The notes under the pieces are model-generated. The model did not search any database. It was not told the origin of the DNA and saw only the letters and a program-made list of their open reading frames with translations. 64,000 bases of DNA from Acidobacteriota bacterium (lineage in GTDB: Bacteria; Acidobacteriota; UBA890). The stretch lies in the NCBI GenBank assembly GCA_965214245.1, contig CBDCBL010000009.1:105258-169257 (forward strand), read 5' to 3'. Each line of letters begins with the position of its first letter. Within the stretch, counting starts at the first letter, position 1. Made by a program: the position numbers and the translations under genes. Below are positions 25,817 through 33,144 of this stretch, piece after piece.

Positions 25817-26287
25817 TCACACCGGCTCGAAGTGGCGAATGTCGGAGAGACCGCCGCTGCGCTCTGCCTCGAACACGGCGCGCACCCGCATACCGATCGT
25901 CACGTCGGCCGGATCGCAGCCACTGATCCAGTGCACCAGGCCGCCTTCGGCGCCGTCGATGTGCACCAGGGCTAGAACACGGGGCACATCGTAAGGCTCG
26001 CCGCGGCGGGCTTCTTCGAGAACCGTGAACGTGTCGACCGTACCTTCGGGGCCCACCGTCACCCACTCGCTGACCGGCGCGAACGTGTCGGTGTGATAGA
26101 GGCGCGGTGGTAACACGGCGGTATCGGAACCCTCGTGCACAGTCGCTGTGAGCTCGCCGTGCTCCTTGAGGTGCTGGAAGAAGCGCTCGCCGGCGACTCC
26201 CATCGTGTACCTGTGACCCATCGGGATGCCGCCGTGCCACGAGCCGGCGTCGACGTTGCGGAATTCGCGCGGGAAGCCCCTGCTCAT
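25817..26287 (-). CDS. DUF35/OB-fold acyl-CoA-associated protein (Zn-ribbon cysteines absent)
   Basis: ...GERFFQHLKEHGELTATVHEGSDTAVLPPRLYHTDTF...GTVDTFTVL...VLALVHIDGAEGGLVHWI...GMRVRAVFE... has the DUF35_N plus OB-fold layout. Its start overlaps the upstream stop (TGATG). Confidence 0.8.
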   Translation of the reverse strand: MSRGFPREFRNVDAGSWHGGIPMGHRYTMGVAGERFFQHLKEHGELTATVHEGSDTAVLPPRLYHTDTFAPVSEWVTVGPEGTVDTFTVLEEARRGEPYDVPRVLALVHIDGAEGGLVHWISGCDPADVTIGMRVRAVFEAERSGGLSDIRHFEPV

Positions 26288-26901
26288 CAGCTGCCTCCTT
26301 CCTCGTCGCCGTTCAGTTCGCCATCGGTGTCACCGTTCGGCTTGCCGTCGGTGTCACCGTTCGGTTTGCCGTCGGTCGCAGCCGGCGACGACGGTCGGAA
26401 GTACAAGATGTCGGTAATCGCCCCCTGGCGCTCGGCCTCGGGCTTCCAGACCGCCTCAACCGCCATGCCCAGGGACACGTTGTCGGGGTCGACCTCGGCG
26501 AGCATGTGCAGAATGCCCATACCTTCGGAAGCGCCGTCGAGCTCGATGACCGCGGGAATCAACGGATCGTCGCGCCGCGAGGCGTCCCAGTTGACGTAGC
26601 ACAGCGAGAACGTGTTGACGCGACCGGTTCCCGGAAGATCGCGCAGGTCATCAATCTCCTCCCAGGTCAGCTCGTCGAAGGTGCGCGGCGGCACGACCGT
26701 GCGATCGCTGCTCGGGCTGTATGACGCCAGCAGCTTGCCGTTCTTCAGCCCTTCGAGGTAGGCGCCGATGGCGACGCCGGAATCCCAGTCGTATTCCACC
26801 GCGTACTCGTCGTCCCAGGTGACTACATCGCCGCCGTTGAACTGCTGCGACGACAACGGAGTGCCGGCCGGTTGCGTCGGTGGTGCCTTCTGGTTGCTCA
26901 T
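26287..26901 (-). CDS. DUF35/OB-fold acyl-CoA-associated protein (Zn-ribbon cysteines absent) with an acidic repeat tail
   Basis: The true start is the ATG at 26901, which forms an ATGA overlap with the thiolase-like stop. The track ORF 26287..27741 is an over-extension. The sequence runs ...YLEGLKNGKLLASYSPSSDRTVVPPRTFDELT...GRVNTFSLCYV...IPAVIELDG...GMAVEAVWKP... with the tail TDGKPNGDTDGKPNGDTDGELNGDEEGGS. Confidence 0.8.
   Translation of the reverse strand: MSNQKAPPTQPAGTPLSSQQFNGGDVVTWDDEYAVEYDWDSGVAIGAYLEGLKNGKLLASYSPSSDRTVVPPRTFDELTWEEIDDLRDLPGTGRVNTFSLCYVNWDASRRDDPLIPAVIELDGASEGMGILHMLAEVDPDNVSLGMAVEAVWKPEAERQGAITDILYFRPSSPAATDGKPNGDTDGKPNGDTDGELNGDEEGGS
26305..26376 (-). repeat. Three in-frame 24-bp tandem repeats (TDG[KE][PL]NGD) at the C-terminus of the DUF35 protein
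   Basis: The plus-strand units are GTCGCCGTTCAGTTCGCCATCGGT / GTCACCGTTCGGCTTGCCGTCGGT / GTCACCGTTCGGTTTGCCGTCGGT. The last two differ by 1 nt. Confidence 0.9.
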
Positions 26902-28070
26902 CGTCGCATGATCACTACGGTTCCCACCTGCATCAGGTCGCCCCATGCTTGTGCGAGGCCGGTTTTCGGTTGCCCCGGTACCTGTCGGGCGCCGGCTTCC
27001 TCGCGAAGCTGCCAGAAGAGCTCGCAGATTTTCATCAGGCCGGCGGCGGCGATCGGGTTGCCGACGCCGAGCAGCCCGCCCGAGGGGCACGACGGCATGT
27101 TGCCGTCGCGGTCGAGAACACCGTCGACAACCAGTTGTGGCGCGCCGCCCTTGTCGGCGAGTAGCAGGCCTTCGAGGTGGTGCAATTCCTTGTAGGTGAA
27201 CGGGTCGTACGGCTCGACGATGTTGATCTCCCGGCGCGGCTCCGTGATGCCGGCCATGTCGTAGGCGCGCCGCGCCGCGGTTTCTACGTAGCGCGGGTAG
27301 GCCAAGTCGCGCGTCGCCCAGTAGGCGGTGTCGAGCGCCCAGCCGACGCCGTCGACCCACACCGGCTTGTCGGTAATGCGCTCGGCGGTGCCCTCGGCGG
27401 CAAGAATGACCGCCGCGGCGCCGTCGCTGGTCGGCGACACATCCAGCCGGTTGACAGGCCACGCCATGATCTCGGATTCGAGCACGTCGTCGACGGTGAT
27501 CTCGGCGCCGAGCTGGGCGGCGGGATGGTCGAGGGCGTTGCGTTTGTTCTTTACCGCGACGCGGGCGATGTCGCGCTTGTCGAGACCGTACGCGCTCATG
27601 TAGCGGTTCATCTCGAGCGCGAAGATCCACAGGAGGTTGGGTTGCAGCGGCCGTTCCGTGGTGTGGTCGAAGATCGTGACGAAGGCGCCCTGTGGGTGCG
27701 GCTGGCACGCCGACATTTTTTCCTCGCACAGCACCAAGCACGTGTCGAACACCCCCGACGCGACCATGTACCAGCCCTGGATGACCGAGAACACGCCGGT
27801 GCCGCCACCGACGTAGCCGCGCAGTGTCGGCAGGCCGATGCCACCGGCGCCATCCGTCAGGTACTCGGCGTTCATGTGGATGCCGTCAAAGGCGTCCGGC
27901 GCCGTGCCGATGACCACCGACTCGATGTCCTTGCGGGCTAGTTCGGCCGAGCGCAGTGCCGCTGAGGCTGCTCCGCAGGCTAGCTCTTTAGGCGTCTCGA
28001 GCGCCCGGCGCATGAACTTCGTCATGCCGGCGCCGACGGCGGCGACTCTGCGCAGGCCGGTCTTACTCAT
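26898..28070 (-). CDS. Thiolase-fold protein (SCP-x/Ltp-like) lacking the nucleophilic cysteine
   Basis: MSKTGLRRVAAVGAGMTKF... has the thiolase-like layout. At the position of the N-N-x-C-A-T-G nucleophile motif it reads GYVGGGTGV. It continues ...DTCLVLCEEKMS. C-terminal PSGGLLGVGNPIAAAG has Asn in place of the GHP histidine. Confidence 0.85.
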   Translation of the reverse strand: MSKTGLRRVAAVGAGMTKFMRRALETPKELACGAASAALRSAELARKDIESVVIGTAPDAFDGIHMNAEYLTDGAGGIGLPTLRGYVGGGTGVFSVIQGWYMVASGVFDTCLVLCEEKMSACQPHPQGAFVTIFDHTTERPLQPNLLWIFALEMNRYMSAYGLDKRDIARVAVKNKRNALDHPAAQLGAEITVDDVLESEIMAWPVNRLDVSPTSDGAAAVILAAEGTAERITDKPVWVDGVGWALDTAYWATRDLAYPRYVETAARRAYDMAGITEPRREINIVEPYDPFTYKELHHLEGLLLADKGGAPQLVVDGVLDRDGNMPSCPSGGLLGVGNPIAAAGLMKICELFWQLREEAGARQVPGQPKTGLAQAWGDLMQVGTVVIMRR

Positions 28071-28177
28071 GATGGTTGCTCGACACGGCCACGCCGCCGG
28101 TAGACGTCGGCAACTCTACGCAGGTTGGTTCTACTCATGATGATTGCTCAACACGGCCACCCCGCCGGTAGACGTCG
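28042..28177 (-). repeat. Diverged tandem duplication, period 68 bp (2 copies, about 87% identity), spanning the junction of the two thiolase-like genes
   Basis: Copy B is 28042-28109 and copy A is 28110-28177, with 9 mismatches in 68 by manual alignment. Each copy contains ...CCGACGTCTACCGGCGG(C/G)GTGGCCGTGT(C/T)GAGCAA(C/T)CATCATGAGTA(A/G)... on the minus strand. Confidence 0.9.
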
Positions 28178-29288
28178 GCACGCCGCGCCAGGACTGCACG
28201 AGGCAGCGCTCAGCGTCGTCGATTTGTAGCGCCCCCGCGTCGCCGCGTAGCTGATGCACCGACTCGGCAACCTTGTAGAGGGCGGCGGCATCATACAAAT
28301 GGCCGGCGCCGAGGCTGCCGCCGCTCGGACTCACGGGCAACGCACCGCCGGCGCTGAAATGTCCACGTCGGGTCATGGGCCCGGCTTCGCCGGCGCCGCA
28401 CAAGCCCAGCGCTTCGAGATGCTGTAGTTGCTTGAAGGCGTAGCGGTCGTCGACCTCGGCGAAGTCGAACGCCGCGCTCGGATCATCGATGCCCGCCATC
28501 GCATAGGCACGCGCCGCGGCTTGCTCACAGTATCCGGCGCGCCCCAGGTCGCGGTCTTCGATCGCCGGATGGTCGGTCGACCAGCTCAAGCCCTCGATCC
28601 ACACGGGGCGGCGGCTGGCCTCGGTCGCCGCGGCTCGTCCGGCGAGGACCAAAACGATGGCGCCGTCGGCAGCCGGTGCCTTCTCTGCTCGACGCAACGG
28701 GGCGAACTCCGGATGACTGTCGAGCACGGCGCCGACCCGGGTCTCGCCGCCGTAGGCGGCGCGCGGATTGGCGAGCGCGTTGGCGCGGTTGTTCACCACC
28801 ACCTGAGCGCAATGCTCCACCGTGTTGCCGGACTCGTGCAGGAACCGGGTCATTTCCATGCCGGCGATCGCTTCGGCCGGATAGCCGAGCTGGCGGTTCC
28901 AGGTCGGATCGAGGGCGTAGGTCTCGAGCTCGCCGATGTCGGAGATGTTCGACGCCTTGGAATGCCCCTCCAAGACGATGACGTCGAAGGCGCCGGTGGC
29001 TATTTGCAAGGCCGCGGCGCCCAGCCCCTGGAGGCCGTCACCGGCGATCGTGTGGATCGGCTTGAGCACGGCTCCGAGCTGGTCGGGGGTGTACTCATCG
29101 AAGATGCTGACGCCCTCGAAAAGGTCCTCGGCGACGGTGACGGCGCTGTCGATGTCGTCGGGCTCGATCCCGGCGTCGGTGTACGCCTGGACGGCGGCAG
29201 CGCGGATCATTTCGCGATAGGACTGCTCCGGACTCAAGGTCGTCAGGCCCTGGATTCCGACGCCGATAATGGCCACCTGTCCGCGCAC
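28131..29288 (-). CDS. Thiolase-fold protein (SCP-x/Ltp-like paralog) lacking the nucleophilic cysteine
   Basis: The proposed start is the GTG at 29288, with GGAG 8 nt upstream, giving MRGQVAIIGVGIQG.... The track ORF to 29795 is an Arg/Gly-rich over-extension. The nucleophile position reads HTIAGDGLQG. It continues ...VIVLEGHSKAS; C-terminal PSGGSLGAGH...VHQLRGDAG. Confidence 0.8.
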   Translation of the reverse strand: MRGQVAIIGVGIQGLTTLSPEQSYREMIRAAAVQAYTDAGIEPDDIDSAVTVAEDLFEGVSIFDEYTPDQLGAVLKPIHTIAGDGLQGLGAAALQIATGAFDVIVLEGHSKASNISDIGELETYALDPTWNRQLGYPAEAIAGMEMTRFLHESGNTVEHCAQVVVNNRANALANPRAAYGGETRVGAVLDSHPEFAPLRRAEKAPAADGAIVLVLAGRAAATEASRRPVWIEGLSWSTDHPAIEDRDLGRAGYCEQAAARAYAMAGIDDPSAAFDFAEVDDRYAFKQLQHLEALGLCGAGEAGPMTRRGHFSAGGALPVSPSGGSLGAGHLYDAAALYKVAESVHQLRGDAGALQIDDAERCLVQSWRGVPTSTGGVAVLSNHHE

Positions 29289-29522
29289 GGATCGCTCCGG
29301 TGAAGCCGTGAAGAATTCGGGACAGGGGATGGCCGATCCCCGGCCCGATGTGCTCCCAGAATGGCCGCGGGCGCCGCGAAACCGCTGCCGACGACCACCT
29401 ACGGCGACCCTAGAACGGGGCTCTGGGAGAGTCAAGGCCGAGGCCGGCAGGCGGGCCTGCAGGCGAATTTCGCGGCATCCGGATCGGATGACGTACCGGG
29501 CTTCCGCGTGTAGCATCGCCGC

Positions 29523-30164
29523 ATGGATTACCAGTTCGTCGGCATCCAGATCGCGGTGTTGCTGTTCGCCTTGTCCTTTCACGAGATGGCGCACGCCTGG
29601 GCCGCCTACAGGCTCGGCGATTCGACGGCGAAGGATATGGGTCGTCTGACGATGAATCCGATCGTTCACATCGATCCCGTCATGACGATCCTCTTCCCGG
29701 GGATGCTGATCCTGCTCGGCTCTCCGGTGATCTTCGGTGCCGCCAAACCGGTCCCCGTCGATACCAACAACTTGCAACATCCGAAGCGCGACCACATGTG
29801 GATCGCCGCCGCCGGTCCGATCAGCAACGTGATTCTGGCGACCGCCACGATCATCGTGCTGAACCTGGTCTGGCAGCCGCTGCAGGTGAGCGCCGCGATG
29901 GGCCAGAGCTGGACCGAGCCGGTGTTTCTCTTTCTACAGATGAGCTTATTCATCAACCTCGTGCTAGCGACGTTCAACATGATCCCGCTCTACCCGCTGG
30001 ACGGTTCGTGGATCTTGTCGCGTTTCCTTTCCGGGAGCGCGGCGACGGCCTATGCGTCGCTGCGCCCGTACGGCTTCATGATCCTGATCGTCCTGATGTA
30101 CACGGGGGTGCTCTGGCAGTTCATCAACCCGGTAATGCGATTCGCCGGAATGTTCCTGCCCTAG
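29523..30164 (+). CDS. Site-2 protease family (M50) membrane metalloprotease
   Basis: HEMAHAW (HExxH) lies in TM1, there are multiple TM segments, and ...NMIPLYPLDGS is the second conserved motif. Confidence 0.85.
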   Translation: MDYQFVGIQIAVLLFALSFHEMAHAWAAYRLGDSTAKDMGRLTMNPIVHIDPVMTILFPGMLILLGSPVIFGAAKPVPVDTNNLQHPKRDHMWIAAAGPISNVILATATIIVLNLVWQPLQVSAAMGQSWTEPVFLFLQMSLFINLVLATFNMIPLYPLDGSWILSRFLSGSAATAYASLRPYGFMILIVLMYTGVLWQFINPVMRFAGMFLP

Positions 30165-30188
30165 CACCGTGAGCGAAGCTGATACCCC

Positions 30189-30929
30189 GTGATTGACGAC
30201 ACCTTCAAAGTGCAGGTTGGCGCGTTCGAGGGCCCGCTCGACCTGCTGCTCCACCTGGTGCGCACGCACGAGGTCGAGATCCGCGACCTGCCCCTCGGGG
30301 ATATCACGGGCGAGTACCTCGAGATGCTGACTTTCTTGGACGAAATCGATCTGGCACCGGCGAGTGAGTTCCTCGAGGTCGCCGCAACCCTGGTGCGTCT
30401 GAAGGCGCAAGCGTTGCTGCCGAGCCCGTCGGTAGCGGGTGACGCCGAGGCCCTGGCAGCCGAAGAGGAAGCATTGCTCGAACAGCTCGTCGAGCACCAG
30501 GTGACGCGCATGGCGGCGCGGGACCTGGGCGGCCGCGCGAAGAAGGTAGCGGCCGTCTGGTTTCGCGGCGAGCAAAAGCCGGGCGGTGTCGAGTCGCAGG
30601 AGACCGAGATCGTCCAGGCTGACCTCTTCTCGCTGGTCAGCGCTTTTCGCGAAGTCCTCGCGGGGCTCGAGTCGACGCCGCTGTTCGCCGTAACCGCCGA
30701 CCAATACCCCGTTGCCGAGCGAGTCGCCGCGCTGCGCACGCGCCTGCGCGCCGGTGAGCCTTTGCCGTTCGACGAACTTTTCGGAGAGGGCGATCCACGC
30801 GGTAAGCTCATCGCCACTTTCCTGGCGCTTCTCGAGCTCATCCGTTCGGGTGATGCCCGGGCGTTCCAGGAAGCACAATTCGGCAAGATCGTCATCTTTC
30901 CCGTCGAGATGCTGGAACAGCCCTCGTGA
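30189..30929 (+). CDS. scpA: Segregation and condensation protein A
   Basis: GTG start; FEGPLDLLLHLVRTHEVEIRDLPLGDITGEYL... Confidence 0.9.
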   Translation: MIDDTFKVQVGAFEGPLDLLLHLVRTHEVEIRDLPLGDITGEYLEMLTFLDEIDLAPASEFLEVAATLVRLKAQALLPSPSVAGDAEALAAEEEALLEQLVEHQVTRMAARDLGGRAKKVAAVWFRGEQKPGGVESQETEIVQADLFSLVSAFREVLAGLESTPLFAVTADQYPVAERVAALRTRLRAGEPLPFDELFGEGDPRGKLIATFLALLELIRSGDARAFQEAQFGKIVIFPVEMLEQPS

Positions 30930-31522
30930 ACGAGCACGCAAAAGAGTCCTTCGCCTTGTTGGCTGAGTTGGCACCCGTTGTCGAGGCGTTGCTGTATGCC
31001 TCGGATCGTCCGGTCGCCGTCGACCAGATCGCCGATGTATTGACCACAACCGGCGCCGAGCAAAAGGCGGAATGGGCGGAGCGTGTCGATTCGCAGCTGG
31101 TAGAGCGCGTCATCATCGTGCTGAAGGACCGCCTTGCGGATTCCGGGAGCGCCCTGTACGTGATGGAGGTTACAGGGGGACTCCGGTTGGCAACGGGCTC
31201 GCAATACGACCCCTGGATTCGCGCGATGCGCCAGGTTGAGAGCCCGTCGCGGCTGTCGGTAGCGGCACTGGAGACGCTTGCCGTCGTGGCTTATCGGCAG
31301 CCGAGCACCGCCGCGGAGATCGCCGCGGTGCGCGGTGTCGACCCGGCGGCGTCCTTGAAGACCTTGCGGGATCAGGGGTTGGTGCGAATCACCGGCCGGC
31401 GGCGTACCGTTGGGCGGCCGTTCACCTATGGCACGACCAAGCACTTTCTCGAAACGTTCGGCCTCCGAGATCTGCAGGAGCTACCCGATCCCGACGAGTT
31501 CGAGGAGTTGCTCGAGGGATAG
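30926..31522 (+). CDS. scpB: Segregation and condensation protein B
   Basis: GTGA overlap with scpA; ...VVEALLYASDRPVAVDQIADVL...LETLAVVAYRQPSTAAEIAAVRGV...GRPFTYGTTKHFLETFGL. Confidence 0.9.
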   Translation: MNEHAKESFALLAELAPVVEALLYASDRPVAVDQIADVLTTTGAEQKAEWAERVDSQLVERVIIVLKDRLADSGSALYVMEVTGGLRLATGSQYDPWIRAMRQVESPSRLSVAALETLAVVAYRQPSTAAEIAAVRGVDPAASLKTLRDQGLVRITGRRRTVGRPFTYGTTKHFLETFGLRDLQELPDPDEFEELLEG

Positions 31523-31540
31523 GGTCCCGAGAGTCTGACG

Positions 31541-32308
31541 GTGGCACAACAGAGACTGCAAAAGATCATCGCCCAGGCCGGCGTGACGTCGCGTCGCAAG
31601 GCCGAACAGCTCATCGTGGACGGTCGCGTCGCCGTGAACGGTGTGGTCGTCACGGAGTTGGGCGCTGCCGCCGATCCGGACGCCGATCTCGTTACGCTCG
31701 ACGGGACGACGCTGCGGCAGGAGCGCGTGCGGCACTTCATCGCCCACAAGCCGCCCAGTGTACTGTGCGCGGTGAGCGACGAGCGTGGACGTCCGGTGAT
31801 CGTGGATCTGCTCGATCGGTCGGTCGGCGAGCGTCTCTATCCCGCCGGCAGACTCGATCTCGAGAGCGAAGGTCTCGTGTTGTTGACCAACGACGGCGAG
31901 CTGATGTATCCGGTGACGCGAGCCGGAGGGGAAGTGGGTAAGACATACTTCGTTACCGTCCGCGGCCGGCCCGAGGAGAGCCGCCTTGCCGAGCTGCGTG
32001 CGGGCATCGAGATGGATGGGACGACGACCTTGCCATGCCGCATCGATCTCCTTGAAACGACCGAGCACGCGCCCGGCCGATCGACGACGCTGCGCGTCGT
32101 CCTGCACGAAGGCAAGAAAAATCAGATCCGACGCATGTTCAAGGGCATCGGGCACGCCGTCATCAGGCTGGTGCGTACCTCCATCGGTCCGCTGCACCTC
32201 GATGGGCTGGCCGCCGGCGCGGTGCGCGAGCTCGCCGCCGAGGAGGTGGACGCGCTGCGGCAGCTGGCGAATCGCGCGCCAACGCGAGGCACGGATGGAC
32301 TTCACTGA
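31541..32308 (+). CDS. rluB: Pseudouridine synthase, RluB/RsuA family (S4 domain plus catalytic domain)
   Basis: RLQKIIAQAGVTSRRKAEQLIVDGRVAVNG... (S4); ...YPAGRLDLESEGLVLLTNDGEL (catalytic Asp motif). Confidence 0.8.
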   Translation: MAQQRLQKIIAQAGVTSRRKAEQLIVDGRVAVNGVVVTELGAAADPDADLVTLDGTTLRQERVRHFIAHKPPSVLCAVSDERGRPVIVDLLDRSVGERLYPAGRLDLESEGLVLLTNDGELMYPVTRAGGEVGKTYFVTVRGRPEESRLAELRAGIEMDGTTTLPCRIDLLETTEHAPGRSTTLRVVLHEGKKNQIRRMFKGIGHAVIRLVRTSIGPLHLDGLAAGAVRELAAEEVDALRQLANRAPTRGTDGLH

Positions 32309-32329
32309 GCCGCGCTCGGACATCGACCG

Positions 32330-32980
32330 ATGAGCCGCGTGCTGCGGATCGCCATCGACGGGCCGAGCGGTTCCGGGAAGTCGACACTCGGCAAGGCCTT
32401 GGCTGCCGAGCTCGGCTTGCCCTACGTCGACACCGGTGCCATGTATCGCGCCGTGGCGTGGGCGGCGCAGCAGGCCGATCTCGAAGACGACGACGATATC
32501 GTGGCCCTGCTCGAAACCTTGGAGCTCGACGTGGCGGCGGATCCGGCGGAGTTCCGCATCCGGGTGAACGGGACGGAGGTTGCCGGCGAGATCCGCAGCC
32601 CGGCGGTGAGCAAAGCCGCCGCACAGGTGGCAACGATCGCGGGGGTGCGGCGCTGGATGGTGCCGCGGCAACGCGAAGCGGCCGCCGCGGGCGGCGTGCT
32701 CGAGGGTCGCGATATCGGCACCGTGGTATTGCCGGATGCCGATTGCAGGTTCTACGTGATTTCGGACGAAGGGACGCGGATCGGCCGCCGCGCCGCCCAA
32801 CTGGGACTCGATCAGGACGGCGCCGCGGTGGTCGCCGACGTTCGCGATCGCGATGAGCTCGATCGGACCCGCCGCCATTCGCCGCTGCGGTCCGCCGCAG
32901 ACGCGATTGTAATCGACACGACGGGCAAGACAGTTGACGAGAGCCTGGCGGCGATGCTGGAAGAGATCGCCAAGCTCTAG
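32330..32980 (+). CDS. cmk: Cytidylate kinase
   Basis: IAIDGPSGSGKSTLGKALAAELGLPYVDTGAMYRAVAW...GRDIGTVVLPDA. Confidence 0.95.
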   Translation: MSRVLRIAIDGPSGSGKSTLGKALAAELGLPYVDTGAMYRAVAWAAQQADLEDDDDIVALLETLELDVAADPAEFRIRVNGTEVAGEIRSPAVSKAAAQVATIAGVRRWMVPRQREAAAAGGVLEGRDIGTVVLPDADCRFYVISDEGTRIGRRAAQLGLDQDGAAVVADVRDRDELDRTRRHSPLRSAADAIVIDTTGKTVDESLAAMLEEIAKL

Positions 32981-33049
32981 CCCCCGCTTACCGGGTGTGC
33001 GCGAGGAGATCGCCAAGCCCTAGCCCCTTTATTTGCGGGGGTTTGCGCG

Positions 33050-33078
33050 TTGACAGGCAGTAGGGTGACGCTTAGCAT
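33050..33078 (+). promoter_or_regulatory. Putative sigma-70 promoter for rpsA: TTGACA-17 nt-TAGCAT
   Basis: TTGACA lies at 33050-33055, followed by a 17-nt spacer and TAGCAT at 33073-33078, about 65 nt upstream of the rpsA ATG. A GGAGG RBS sits near 33129-33133. Confidence 0.45.
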
Positions 33079-33144
33079 TACCCTTCTGCATCCGCTCGAA
33101 GTGCGGGCAAATCCGAGTGAATTCACGGAGGACCCAGATTCATC

